Below are positions 18,385 through 27,625 of a stretch of DNA of 32,000 nucleotides, one piece after another. The notes below the pieces were generated by a model. That model saw only the letters and a program-made list of their open reading frames with translations, made no database searches and was not told the DNA's origin. Source of the stretch: Methanopyrus kandleri AV19 (GTDB lineage: Archaea; JAADCQ01; Methanopyri; Methanopyrales; Methanopyraceae); contig NC_003551.1 in NCBI RefSeq assembly GCF_000007185.1, forward strand, positions 630,001 to 662,000, in the 5' to 3' direction. How positions within the stretch are numbered: the stretch's first letter is position 1; every line of letters starts with the position of its first letter. The translations under genes and the position numbers were made by a program.

Positions 18385-19983
18385 TTACTCGGTTTCGAGC
18401 CCGATCTCCTCCAGGATTTCGATCACCTCGTCCTCATCCGCGTCTTTGTGAACGACCTCGGCGTACAGGGCCAGGTTCTTGATCGCACCACAGTTGGCCC
18501 CCTCGGGGGTCTCGTTCGGGCACAACCGGCCCATGTGCGTCGGATGCAGGTAACGAGCCTCCTTCGGGATCGACCACTTACCCACACCCAGCTCCGTAGC
18601 GGCCCTGATCCTCCGCAAGTGCGACATGGTGGACATCCAGGTATACCGCTCGAGAATCTGGGAGACTCCGGTTCTGGGCCGGTAGTGGCCGGTCCTCCAG
18701 GTACCGGTCGACATACAGCTGCGGATGTGGTCCGTGACCTTGTCCGGACGCACGATGTACCGGATAGTGGGCTCACGACCCCGGGAGTACGCGCGCTCGA
18801 ACTGATACCTCATCTCGCGGGCCAGCTGCTGGAACGCGTACTCGTAAGCCTCGTACAGTAGGTCACCCGCCAGCTTGATCCGCTTGTTCGCGTAATGGTC
18901 GCGGTCACGGACGCTCTTCACCTTGACCCTCCGGTACTTCAGCTCCAGCACCTCGCGCACCATCTTGAGGACCTCGTCGGCCTTCTTCCGGAAGACCTCC
19001 TTCAGCTTCTCATCGTCGTCCAGGTCGTCGACCTCGGCGATGTGCGGTAGGAAGTACTTGGCCAGTACCTCCTTACCCCGCTTAATTCGCTCCTCGCGGC
19101 TCTCGTCGGGTCTCGACAACCTGCCGATGTACTCCAGCGCGTCCTCCTGGCTGCCGATTTCCTCCTTCACGAGTACCCTCATCTGCTCCGCCATGATCGT
19201 GGCGAACTCGGGACCGACGCCCTCCATGATCTCCTCCTCGGTCAGTCCCAGCGCCCGTAATAGGATCACCACGGGGAACTTCCGGTACACGGCCGGCATA
19301 TCGATGACCAGGCGACCCTTCCGGTCGATGACGTCCACGGGACCGCGGTACCGCTCGCCCCGGGAGTACACCCTGGAACGAACCTCGTCCAGTACACCAC
19401 GCTCCCGGATCTTCTCGTTCACCCGTCGGTTCGGCGCGATATCCTCTAGGGACATCAGCACGCGTTCCGACCCGTTGATGATGAAGTAGCCGCCCGGATC
19501 CTTCGGATCCTCGCCGACTTCGATCAGCTCCTCCTCCGACAGGCCGTAGGTGTTACACACCTTCGACCGGACCATCACCGGAAGCTCGCCGACGTAGACG
19601 TTGTCCCGCTCGACCTCCTCCCCGTCCTCGTACATTACGATCTCCGCGTACAGGGGCGCGGAATAGAGCATGTTCCTCAGGCGTGCCTCCATCGGGTAGA
19701 TCTTCCGACGCGCGCCGTCCGGCTCTATCGAGGAGGGTTCTCCCACCTCGATCCTCTCGAACTCGATTCGGTAGCTGGCTCCCTCCACTTCCGGTTCGAT
19801 CGGTTCCATCTGCTCGATCAGCTGTTGCAGGCCCTCGTCTATCAACCAGTGATAGGATAGGAAGTGATGGGCGATGAGTGGGTGCGTCTTTACATCGCCC
19901 AGGAGTTCCTCGTTTCTACGTAAATAACCCTCCAATAACGCCAAATAATCCTCCTCACTCAGAGACTTGACGGGTTCGGCCAT
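18385..19983 (-). CDS. rpoB2: DNA-directed RNA polymerase subunit B'' (N-terminal half of Rpo2)
   Basis: Shows N-terminal Rpo2 homology (HHFLSYHWLIDEGL, GGYFIINGSERV, and the ETPEGANCG fork loop near the C-terminus). Split rpoB is typical of methanogens. Confidence 0.95.
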   Translation of the reverse strand: MAEPVKSLSEEDYLALLEGYLRRNEELLGDVKTHPLIAHHFLSYHWLIDEGLQQLIEQMEPIEPEVEGASYRIEFERIEVGEPSSIEPDGARRKIYPMEARLRNMLYSAPLYAEIVMYEDGEEVERDNVYVGELPVMVRSKVCNTYGLSEEELIEVGEDPKDPGGYFIINGSERVLMSLEDIAPNRRVNEKIRERGVLDEVRSRVYSRGERYRGPVDVIDRKGRLVIDMPAVYRKFPVVILLRALGLTEEEIMEGVGPEFATIMAEQMRVLVKEEIGSQEDALEYIGRLSRPDESREERIKRGKEVLAKYFLPHIAEVDDLDDDEKLKEVFRKKADEVLKMVREVLELKYRRVKVKSVRDRDHYANKRIKLAGDLLYEAYEYAFQQLAREMRYQFERAYSRGREPTIRYIVRPDKVTDHIRSCMSTGTWRTGHYRPRTGVSQILERYTWMSTMSHLRRIRAATELGVGKWSIPKEARYLHPTHMGRLCPNETPEGANCGAIKNLALYAEVVHKDADEDEVIEILEEIGLETE

Positions 19984-19994
19984 CGGGTTCCCCC

Positions 19995-20273
19995 CTACTC
20001 GGGCGGATTGGTCACGACCCGGTACACCACGGTCTTACCCGCGGTCGGGCTGTCTCGGACGATTTTAACCAGACTCCCGGGCTTGATCCGCTTGCCGAGT
20101 TTCTCGCTCAGCGCCACGACCACGGGGTCGTTCGTGTGGATCCTCGGCAGGTCGTCCTTCTCCACCCCGAGCTCCTCGAGTATCTTCTCGATCTCCTCCT
20201 CGTCGTCGATGACCTCGTGCTTCGGCACGAGCACGTGGTTCAACACCACGTCCGGATCCAACCGCTCCGCCAT
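19995..20273 (-). CDS. rpoH: DNA-directed RNA polymerase subunit H (Rpo5)
   Basis: Contains NHVLVPKHEVI, LPRIHTNDPV, KPGSLVKIVRDSPTAG and YRVV. The start is taken at MAERLD (ATG 20273), preceded by a purine-rich GGTGGGGGAAGGGG. The tracked 110-aa version adds 18 unlikely residues. Confidence 0.9.
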   Translation of the reverse strand: MAERLDPDVVLNHVLVPKHEVIDDEEEIEKILEELGVEKDDLPRIHTNDPVVVALSEKLGKRIKPGSLVKIVRDSPTAGKTVVYRVVTNPPE

Positions 20274-20781
20274 GCCCCTTCCCCCACCCGAAGGGGCACG
20301 TTTCCACGCACAGACCGCAGTCCACACACGAGGCCTCCGAGAACCCCAGGAAGACCTCCCGCACGGCGGCCGCCGGCGGTATTATACAGTCCACCACGGG
20401 ACAGATATCCCAGCACGTTCCGCAGAGCTCGCAGTCCCCCTCCACGACCGCACGGCCCTCTTCCAATCGCAGAGCCTCTACCGGGCAGCGTTCTACGCAC
20501 AGACCGCACCCCGTGCACCGGGACTCCCGGATCCACGGATGTGGCAGGAGGCGCTCCGCGATGCGCTGGACGAAGGCGATGGGGCACAGCAGCGAGGCCA
20601 CATCGGAAGGCAGCCGAGACACCTCGACGTCCTCACACAGCCTACAGGTCGCGCAGAAGGCCTCTACAGGCCCTTTCCGAAGCTCCAGTGAACCAGCGGG
20701 ACACACCGCGGCGCACTCACCGCAGGCTACGCATGCCCGGAACTCCAGGTCCGGCCGGAACTCACGGAAATCCCGATACAA
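20065..20781 (-). CDS. Polyferredoxin-like protein with five 4Fe-4S Cys motifs; its 3' end overlaps rpoH
   Basis: The motifs are CVACGECAAVCP, CATCRLC(x16)CP, CTGCGLCVERCP, CELCGTCWDICP and CVDCGLCVETCP. The only possible start upstream of the first motif is TTG 20781, 7 nt after the rad50 stop. The first in-frame stop is at 20065, 209 nt inside rpoH, which gives a roughly 70-aa R/G-rich tail. Confidence 0.7.
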   Translation of the reverse strand: MYRDFREFRPDLEFRACVACGECAAVCPAGSLELRKGPVEAFCATCRLCEDVEVSRLPSDVASLLCPIAFVQRIAERLLPHPWIRESRCTGCGLCVERCPVEALRLEEGRAVVEGDCELCGTCWDICPVVDCIIPPAAAVREVFLGFSEASCVDCGLCVETCPFGWGKGHGGAVGSGRGVEPRARAEARGHRRRGGDREDTRGARGGEGRPAEDPHERPRGRGAERETRQADQARESG

Positions 20782-20788
20782 AGTCCGA

Positions 20789-23419
20789 TTACCCGGAGTA
20801 TCGTTCTACTCGGGATTCGCCGGCCCGGTTCTCTATCCTCCAAAGCTCGTCCGCGGCGTCCTCGAGCTCCTCGTCGTGGGTGACGACGATGGCTTGGCGT
20901 ACGCGCCCCTTGCCCAGATCCAGCTCTCTTAAGGCTTGCGCTAATCGCTCCCGGTGTTCCGCGTCCAAGTGCACCGTCGGCTCGTCTAACATTATGAAGG
21001 GGGCGAAGCTCGACCCCACCATGGCGAGCGCCAGGCGCAGCGCCAGCCCGATTATAATTTTTTCCCCACCGCTCATCCGGTCGGCCTCTATGAAATGACC
21101 ACCCGGCACGGAGACCCGTATCACGGCCCCGTCGTCCTCGATCCTCAACGATCCGTACCGGTCCGAGAGATCCTGCAGGATCTTCGAGGCCTCCCGCTCC
21201 ACGGCGGGCAGCACCTTCTCCCTGGCGACGTCACGGGAATATCTGAACACCTCCTTGCAGAGACTGAGCACCTCCACGACCCGCTCCAACCTCTCCTTGC
21301 GCTCCTTCGCCTCCCGGTACTTCCGCACCTGTTTCTTCAACTCTTCTCTGCGTTTTTCCATTCCGTTCAGCCTTCCTTTGACCTCGCTCAGCTTATCCCT
21401 GACCCTCTCGTACTTCTTTTCGACGCTCTCGAGTTCCTCCTCCAGTCGATCCTCGGACCCGTAGCGTTCCCGTAACCCCTCGAGATTACGCTCCACTTGC
21501 TCTAACCTACCCTTAGCATCTTCGAGATCTCGTTCGATCCTCTTCAACTCCTTACGGGCTTCCCGAGCCCTCTTCACCTTCTCCTCCAGGTTGTGATAAC
21601 GTTCGAGCTCCCCCTCCGCCTCTCGGAGCTTCTGCCCTACGTGATCTCGCTCCTCCTCGAGGCGTCGTAGCTCCTCTTCGACGTCTTCCACACCGCTCGG
21701 CGTTCTTCCGATTACTTTCTCGCAACGGTCCAGCGTACGTTCCAGTTCCTTCTCCAGCCGGAGCACGTCCCCGCGCCGACGCTCCAGGTCTCTCAGCAGA
21801 CTCTCCGCCCTCACGGCCAGATCGCGCAGCTCGGGTAACCGATCTTCTTCCACACCCAGCTCGCGCGATAAGTCCGCGAGTTCCTCCTTGAGCTCCTCGA
21901 TCTCCTCCAACTCCCGCTCGAGCTCCTCACGACGCTCCCTAAGACGCCACATCCTTTCCTTGGTACCCTCCAACTCCCTCCTAACCGACTCGAGCCTATC
22001 TTTCAGCTCTCTCCGTTCCTTCCGTAGATCCTCCTCACGCCCTTGAAGACGTTCGAGCTCCTTCTCCGCATCACGCAACAACTTCTCGGCGCGCTCTCGT
22101 GGCAGTTTCCGGAGGCAGACGGGACACTCGCCCTCGGCCTCCCTGAGACTCTCGATGCGTTCCAGGAGCTCCTTCTCTTTGACCCTAATCTCCTTCAGTT
22201 CCCCTTGGATCTCGTCGAGACGCTCTTGGAGCTCCTCGTACTCGCTCTGCAGCGTCTCCTCCCGGTCCCCCAGCTCGCTTAACTCGTCGGAGACTTTCTC
22301 CAGCTTCCTCTTGAGCTCCTCTTCACGCCTCAGGTCACGTAACCGTTCGGAAGCCTCCACGATCTTGTCTTTGAACTCCACCAGACGCTCCGGATCGACC
22401 CCGGCTTCATCCTTCAGCTCCTCGAGCTCCCGCTTCACACCTTCGAGTTCCTCCTCGGCGGACTCCAACCTGTTCCGGAGACTGCGGAGGTCGTCCAGGA
22501 GGTTCCTCAGCTCCTCGATGCGTCTCCGTAGTTCCGCCTCCTCGTTCTCGAGCTCACGTACTTTGGAAGGAACATCACCCAGTCTCTGCAGCTCCCTCTC
22601 GGCTTCCTTTCCTTCTTCGACCAGCTTCCGGAGATCGTCACGACGTCCCTTAAGGCTCTCGATCTTGTTCTCAAGCAGTCGTAGCTCGCCTTCCAGCCTC
22701 TCGAACTCTCTCTTCGCCTCGCGCAGCTCGTTCAGTCGCTCCTTAAGCTCCTCGACCTCGGGCTCCAGCTCCTTCACCTCTCGTTTCAGCTCCTCGAGCT
22801 CCCGCTCGACCCTCTTGAGCTCCTTCTTCGACCCCTTCAGGTCGCGGACGCGCTCGCGGAAGGTCTCGAGCTTGGCTTCCGCCACCCGGAGCAGCTCGTG
22901 TGCCTGCTCGCGGGCCTTCTTGAACTCCGCCAACCCGAGCGTCCTGTCGACGATCCTCTTCCTCTCCTCCCGCGTCGCTTCCACGAGCTTCGCGATCTCA
23001 CCCTGCCTGATGTACACCGCCTCCCGGAACACGTCCCGGTCCACTCCACCCAGCGCGTTCATGACCTCTCGGTCGACGTCCTCGGCCCGCCCCGAGGCCA
23101 CGACCTTCCAACCGTCACCCTCCTCCCTGTACAGTCTCGGGTTCCTCTGCCCACCGCCCCGGTAGAACTCGCGCCGCACCTTGTACTTGTGCCCGTCCGC
23201 GCCCCAGAACACGACTTCCACCACGGCCCTGCGCTCGCCCTCCCTGATCATGTGGTCGTAGCTCCGGAACGTGCGCGGGAAGAGGGCCAGGGTGATGGCC
23301 TCCAGCACGGTGGTCTTACCGGCGCCGTTCGGACCTACGAGTACGTTGATGCCCTCGCGGAACTCGATCTCGGTGCTGCTGTGGGACCTCAGGTTCTCTA
23401 TCTTCACACGCTCTATCAT
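20789..23419 (-). CDS. rad50: DNA double-strand break repair ATPase Rad50
   Basis: Contains Walker A GPNGAGKTT, long heptad coiled coils, the zinc hook CPVC (nt 22115-22126), the signature SGGEK and Walker B FIMLDEPTVHLD. The start is taken at MIERVKIENLRSH (ATG 23419), 7 nt after the mre11 stop. Confidence 0.95.
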   Translation of the reverse strand: MIERVKIENLRSHSSTEIEFREGINVLVGPNGAGKTTVLEAITLALFPRTFRSYDHMIREGERRAVVEVVFWGADGHKYKVRREFYRGGGQRNPRLYREEGDGWKVVASGRAEDVDREVMNALGGVDRDVFREAVYIRQGEIAKLVEATREERKRIVDRTLGLAEFKKAREQAHELLRVAEAKLETFRERVRDLKGSKKELKRVERELEELKREVKELEPEVEELKERLNELREAKREFERLEGELRLLENKIESLKGRRDDLRKLVEEGKEAERELQRLGDVPSKVRELENEEAELRRRIEELRNLLDDLRSLRNRLESAEEELEGVKRELEELKDEAGVDPERLVEFKDKIVEASERLRDLRREEELKRKLEKVSDELSELGDREETLQSEYEELQERLDEIQGELKEIRVKEKELLERIESLREAEGECPVCLRKLPRERAEKLLRDAEKELERLQGREEDLRKERRELKDRLESVRRELEGTKERMWRLRERREELERELEEIEELKEELADLSRELGVEEDRLPELRDLAVRAESLLRDLERRRGDVLRLEKELERTLDRCEKVIGRTPSGVEDVEEELRRLEEERDHVGQKLREAEGELERYHNLEEKVKRAREARKELKRIERDLEDAKGRLEQVERNLEGLRERYGSEDRLEEELESVEKKYERVRDKLSEVKGRLNGMEKRREELKKQVRKYREAKERKERLERVVEVLSLCKEVFRYSRDVAREKVLPAVEREASKILQDLSDRYGSLRIEDDGAVIRVSVPGGHFIEADRMSGGEKIIIGLALRLALAMVGSSFAPFIMLDEPTVHLDAEHRERLAQALRELDLGKGRVRQAIVVTHDEELEDAADELWRIENRAGESRVERYSG

Positions 23420-23426
23420 TCGACCG

Positions 23427-24776
23427 TCACCCGATCCAGCGATCCAGGGAGGGTCGGCCGGAGGACCCGAGCTTCGATCCCGCACGACTCATCCCTTCGG
23501 ACGACGTCCCACGGCTCTCGACCTTCACCTCCTCCACCTCGAGACCTACCTCCTCTCCATCGGATTCTTCTGGCTCTTCCGAGGACTCCTCCGAACCTTC
23601 CGACGGGGGTTCTCCCGCGACGATACCTTCGACGTCCCCCAGGTCGGGAGGGTTGTCCTCCCGGACGCCCCTCAGGATCTCCAGCGCCACCTCGACCACC
23701 ACATCGTCCGGCACGTCCACGCGGGTCAGGGTCGCGGCCCTGGCCCGCTTCACACCCTCTCGGATTATACCCTCGAGGTCCAGCGGCCCCTCGGTCTCGT
23801 CGCCTTCCTCGACCTCGCGCCTCCGCTCCCGGAGCTCCACCACGCACCGATCGGCCCCGGCCTCGATGGCGACCTTCTCGACCTCCTCCGGGGACGCACC
23901 CGTGTCCTTGGCCACCACCTTCACGATCTGTCCCCGTCTGACCCTTCGACGCAGCTCCTCCTCCCAGCGCTCGCCACTGACCTCCACGACCGAGAGCTCG
24001 CGGCTCCACTCCACCTCGACGAACTCGTACTCGACGAGCCCGCCCCGGTCGAACTCCACGAGGAAGAAACCGCGCCGCTTGTGCGCACCGCGCTCGTCCT
24101 TGACCTCCAGGAACGTCAGCGGCTCGGGACTCCCGGGGTAGGGCGCCGGACTCCCGTGGATCTTCTCCTCACGACTCGGGACGTGGACGTGTCCCATCGC
24201 GTAGTAATCGTGCCCCTCCGGGAAGTACGCGGGTTCCACGATCTCGGACTCGTCGGGGATCGTCCCGGGTAGGGCCTGATGGAAGATCGCCACGTTGACG
24301 TCCGCCTCGGGATCCGGCCTGTACTTGGCCCTGATGACCTTCGCCCTCTCCACGAACGAGTTCTTCGGCAGGTACTGGAGCCCGTGGAACGTCACGCGTA
24401 CGCCGTCGAAGGTGGCCGTGTACCGGTGCCTCTCCGGGCGCCGTTCCGAGTAGTAGAGGTGTCGGACCAATCCCATCCGCTCCAATACGGAGATAGGAGA
24501 AACGGCCCCTTTCCGCCGGCGGATCTCGTGGTTGCCCGCGGTCGCGACGATCTCGACGCCGTCCTCCTTCAGCTCCGAGAGCTTCTCCACGGCCAGGTAT
24601 AGGGCCTCGGTCTTGGGCCGCGCGTGCTCGAAGAGATCGCCGGCGATCACGAGGACGTCCACGGAGCACTCGCGAACCTCCTCCATCAGCCGCTCGAACG
24701 TCTCCATCACGGCCTCCTCTCGGGACCGCAGGTTCATCAGGGCGTGGCCCAGGTGGACGTCCGCCACGTGGGCCAT
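23427..24776 (-). CDS. mre11: DNA double-strand break repair nuclease Mre11
   Basis: Phosphoesterase motifs are HVADVHLG, IAGDLF, GNHE and GHVH. The start is taken at MAHVADVHLG (ATG 24776), 8 nt after the herA stop. The C-terminal tail is long, acidic and Ser/Glu-rich. Confidence 0.93.
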   Translation of the reverse strand: MAHVADVHLGHALMNLRSREEAVMETFERLMEEVRECSVDVLVIAGDLFEHARPKTEALYLAVEKLSELKEDGVEIVATAGNHEIRRRKGAVSPISVLERMGLVRHLYYSERRPERHRYTATFDGVRVTFHGLQYLPKNSFVERAKVIRAKYRPDPEADVNVAIFHQALPGTIPDESEIVEPAYFPEGHDYYAMGHVHVPSREEKIHGSPAPYPGSPEPLTFLEVKDERGAHKRRGFFLVEFDRGGLVEYEFVEVEWSRELSVVEVSGERWEEELRRRVRRGQIVKVVAKDTGASPEEVEKVAIEAGADRCVVELRERRREVEEGDETEGPLDLEGIIREGVKRARAATLTRVDVPDDVVVEVALEILRGVREDNPPDLGDVEGIVAGEPPSEGSEESSEEPEESDGEEVGLEVEEVKVESRGTSSEGMSRAGSKLGSSGRPSLDRWIG

Positions 24777-24784
24777 CCTCAAGG

Positions 24785-26368
24785 TCAGATCCCCAGGTCC
24801 AGGTCCTCCTCCGCATCGTCCTCCTTCCACCGCTCCACGATCTCGCGGACGTCCGGCGTCTCGCCGCCGTGACGGGTCATCCTGGGTCTGACGTCCACGA
24901 ACGCCGGGATCCGGATCGCGCTACCCGTCACGAACGCCGTGCCGGTGGGCAACCCCTTGATCCGTTCGAGAGCTTCCCTGGTGATCCCCTCACCGCTCTT
25001 CCGGATGTTCTCCAGGTCGTCCGGGTTGGCCGTACGGAGCACGATCATGGTGTTACACTGGGAGAGCACGGTCGTGTCCACGCGGCCCGGCCGCTGACTC
25101 ACGACGCACAGTCCAGCCAGGAACTTCCGTCCCTCCCGCGCGAAGTCTCGGACGACGGAGAGCGCGGTCTTGGAGGAGGACCGCTCCTCACCCGCCGGGG
25201 CGAAGTTGTGGGCCTCCTCCAGGACGACGAACACGGGCGGGATCTCGTCCCGCTGCCGGAGCTCGAACAACCGCCTCAGGAAGTGCGTGACCACGATCTG
25301 CTGCGCCCTGTCCGGGACCCCGCGCAGGTTCAGGACCAGCACGCGACCCGGACGCACGTGCCGCCTCAGGTCCGGCGACTCGGCCATGTCGAAGATCCCG
25401 TACCTGAGCAGCGGGCGCAGGTCCCTCAGGACCGCCCTCGCCGCCTGGTACTGCACCACGTCCCCGCTCGCCCTGGCACGCTTCGCCTGTGCGTCGAGCT
25501 CCTCGACCACGTCCTCGAGCGAGTACTTCTCGCCTGTCTCCCGGTACCTGCGCTGCAGCTCTTTCACGACCTCCTCCAGCACCTGCGGCGCCGCCTTTCG
25601 CTTCGACAGCTCCGGGGCCAACACCTCGAAGTCGTCCACCTCGAGCTTGGTCGTGTCGATCGTGATCGGGTAATCCTTCACGCCCTCCGAGTGCGGGGGC
25701 GCGAAGACCTCGACGTCGTCCAGCCCCTCCGGCTCCAGCCCCCACCGCTCCAGTCGCTCCCGGTCGTGCGAGGGCTCGCGCAGGCTGGTGTACTCCCCGT
25801 GTGGATCGATCACCACGACCGGGATGTCGTGTCGGGCCATCTCCTCGATCAACACGCCCACGGTGTAGCTCTTACCGCTACCCGTCATCCCGAGCACGGC
25901 GCAGTGGAGCGTGATCAGCTCGTTCAGGCCCAGGAACACCCGCGCCCGGGAGTCCTTCAGGCGCCCAAGGAACACCTCGCCCTTCGAGAACAGCTCCTCC
26001 AGCTCGGACTCCGGCAGCCGGTAGACTGCGTCCGTGGGCCTCGCGGGCATCCTGGGATCACGGAGCCGCCCGTCCTCGAGCGCCCCCAGCACCTCGACAC
26101 GGGCCACGACAGTCCAGTCCAGCTCGGGCACGGGCCGCCCGCTCACCATCGAGGCCTTGGCGATCTCGCCCTTGATCCCCTCGTGCACGTCCCGACGCAC
26201 GTCCTCCACGCGGCCCAGGAGCTCCCGACCGTCCGAGTCCGGCTCCCGCACGACCACGTAATCTCCCACACCGACGTCCTCCGCGTCCCGGCTCACCACG
26301 AACGTGAACTCACGCACGGACGGGCTCTCGTAGACGTACCCGACGACCTTACGCTCCACCCTCCTCAC
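24785..26368 (-). CDS. herA: HerA-type hexameric DNA helicase/translocase (FtsK-HerA superfamily)
   Basis: Contains Walker A GMTGSGKS, Walker B VFVVLEEAHNF and an N-terminal HAS-barrel-like region. Its context between nurA and mre11 fits. The GTG start overlaps the nurA 3' end by 20 nt. Confidence 0.9.
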   Translation of the reverse strand: MRRVERKVVGYVYESPSVREFTFVVSRDAEDVGVGDYVVVREPDSDGRELLGRVEDVRRDVHEGIKGEIAKASMVSGRPVPELDWTVVARVEVLGALEDGRLRDPRMPARPTDAVYRLPESELEELFSKGEVFLGRLKDSRARVFLGLNELITLHCAVLGMTGSGKSYTVGVLIEEMARHDIPVVVIDPHGEYTSLREPSHDRERLERWGLEPEGLDDVEVFAPPHSEGVKDYPITIDTTKLEVDDFEVLAPELSKRKAAPQVLEEVVKELQRRYRETGEKYSLEDVVEELDAQAKRARASGDVVQYQAARAVLRDLRPLLRYGIFDMAESPDLRRHVRPGRVLVLNLRGVPDRAQQIVVTHFLRRLFELRQRDEIPPVFVVLEEAHNFAPAGEERSSSKTALSVVRDFAREGRKFLAGLCVVSQRPGRVDTTVLSQCNTMIVLRTANPDDLENIRKSGEGITREALERIKGLPTGTAFVTGSAIRIPAFVDVRPRMTRHGGETPDVREIVERWKEDDAEEDLDLGI

Positions 26369-27518
26369 CCCCGTGCCTCAGGTGGATCTCCCGCTCCGCC
26401 TCCGCGCTCGACCTGCGCTTGGGACGTGACTCCCGCCGAAGCCTGCGGAACACCGTGAAGATCACGTCGAACCGCCCGTCCGACGCCAGCTCCGTCAGAA
26501 CCTCCTCCTCTATCCAGTCCACCAGCGACCTACCCACCTTCGCGAACTCGTCGGCCATGACCAGGGGGAGCGGGATCCCGTACCCCCCGTACTCGATCGA
26601 GGTTCCCAGGACGATACCGGCCGCCTCGTCCGGGTCCACGAACTCCGGGATCTCAACCCGAACGGGCGGGGAGTACCTCGTGGTCCGCACGTAGAACGTG
26701 AAGATGGAGTAACCGGTGGCCTCCTCGAACTCGCGCACCACAGGGTAGTCCTCGTCCGGGAGCTCGAACGCGTGCGTGCGCTCGCCGACCTCCAGGACCG
26801 GGCCCCCGTCGAGCTCACGGGAGAGGGCCACGGGATCGTTCGGAAGGGCCTTAAGCGGGAGGTCCTCCCCCAACTCGTCCCGCACGTCCCTGAGCAGGTG
26901 CTTCGCCTTACAGTCCTCCACGATACCCATCACGACGGCGCCCTCCTCCTCACACACCTCCAGCATCGTCCGGCGAGCGTCCAGGATTCGACCCCAGTAA
27001 TCCCGACGGTTCGGGCTGTCCTCGTTCGCACCCTTCAGATCGTGATGTGGCACGATCGGGCCGTCCAGCATCACGACCTCTCCACCGCGCTCCACCGCCC
27101 TGGTCGCTACGTCGGACTCCAGCTTCACGCGCCTCGCCGCCACCCTCATCTGCGGTGTCCTCGTCCTGGAGAGGACGCCGAAGTCCCACGAGGAGAGCAC
27201 GTCCGCCTCCGACCAGGCCGCCGCCCGCGTCACGTAGAGCACGACGCCCTGGTACTCACGCATCCCCTCTCCGCCGTCCACACCGAACGTGACCTCGGGA
27301 TCCGGGTGTTCCGGCTCCACCTCCCGCTTACGCTCCGCCACGACCTCCAGCACGCGGCGTAACACCGGGTTCCTGCCGGGAGAGACCCGCCGGTACACGT
27401 TGATCACGTCCTCCGCCAGCTCCCGCCGACGCCGCGAGATATCCTCCAGCAGCCGGCCGTAATCCCGGCCGCGCCTTACGCGACCACGCTCCAGAAACCG
27501 GTCGAGCTCCCCCGACAA
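26349..27518 (-). CDS. nurA: NurA 5'-3' nuclease
   Basis: A NurA-like catalytic region is present (FGVDGGEG...VVLYVTRAAAW and VVMLDGPIVPH). It is coupled to herA by a 20-nt overlap. TTG is the first possible start after an in-frame stop. Confidence 0.75.
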   Translation of the reverse strand: MSGELDRFLERGRVRRGRDYGRLLEDISRRRRELAEDVINVYRRVSPGRNPVLRRVLEVVAERKREVEPEHPDPEVTFGVDGGEGMREYQGVVLYVTRAAAWSEADVLSSWDFGVLSRTRTPQMRVAARRVKLESDVATRAVERGGEVVMLDGPIVPHHDLKGANEDSPNRRDYWGRILDARRTMLEVCEEEGAVVMGIVEDCKAKHLLRDVRDELGEDLPLKALPNDPVALSRELDGGPVLEVGERTHAFELPDEDYPVVREFEEATGYSIFTFYVRTTRYSPPVRVEIPEFVDPDEAAGIVLGTSIEYGGYGIPLPLVMADEFAKVGRSLVDWIEEEVLTELASDGRFDVIFTVFRRLRRESRPKRRSSAEAEREIHLRHGGEEGGA

Positions 27519-27567
27519 GGGCGACGTTCTCCCCGTTCACTCCGACGTTTCCCTCCGCCAGGTCGGT

Positions 27568-27625
27568 GTCGATAACTACCTTGCGGGAGACAAAACGTTA
27601 TGGTTCTCGTAACAATTTACGATTT
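27568..27625 (-). promoter_or_regulatory. AT-rich spacer between tRNA-Asp and nurA, with candidate TATA elements and a T4 run
   Basis: The minus strand contains AAAATCGTAAATTGTTACG, CCATAACGTTTTGTC and GGTAGTTATCGAC. These lie within about 100 nt upstream of the nurA TTG. This is the only AT-rich stretch available to drive the nurA-herA-mre11-rad50 string. I cannot choose among the candidates by eye. Confidence 0.3.

Noticed and set aside
22155-23165. A 336-aa Ser-rich plus-strand ORF, and other ORFs, opposite the rad50 coiled coil.
   Set aside because: The Ser/Leu/Phe repeats are simply the reverse complement of the GAG/AAG/CTC-rich heptad-repeat codons of Rad50. There is no independent evidence for them.
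23416-24816. G/R/P-rich ORFs overlapping mre11 in other frames: 23416-24009 (minus), 24169-24816 (minus), 23271-24272 (plus) and 22898-23941 (plus).
   Set aside because: They are alternative frames of the Mre11 and Rad50 coding sequence. The composition is extreme (Gly/Arg/Pro) and lacks motifs. The Mre11 frame carries the full phosphoesterase motif set.
24869-26458. A 529-aa plus-strand ORF antisense to herA, the longest alternative ORF in the window.
   Set aside because: The HerA frame carries Walker A and B motifs and operon coupling. The antisense product is a P/H/R/L/G-rich string with no motifs. It even crosses the herA/nurA boundary, as expected for a shadow frame.
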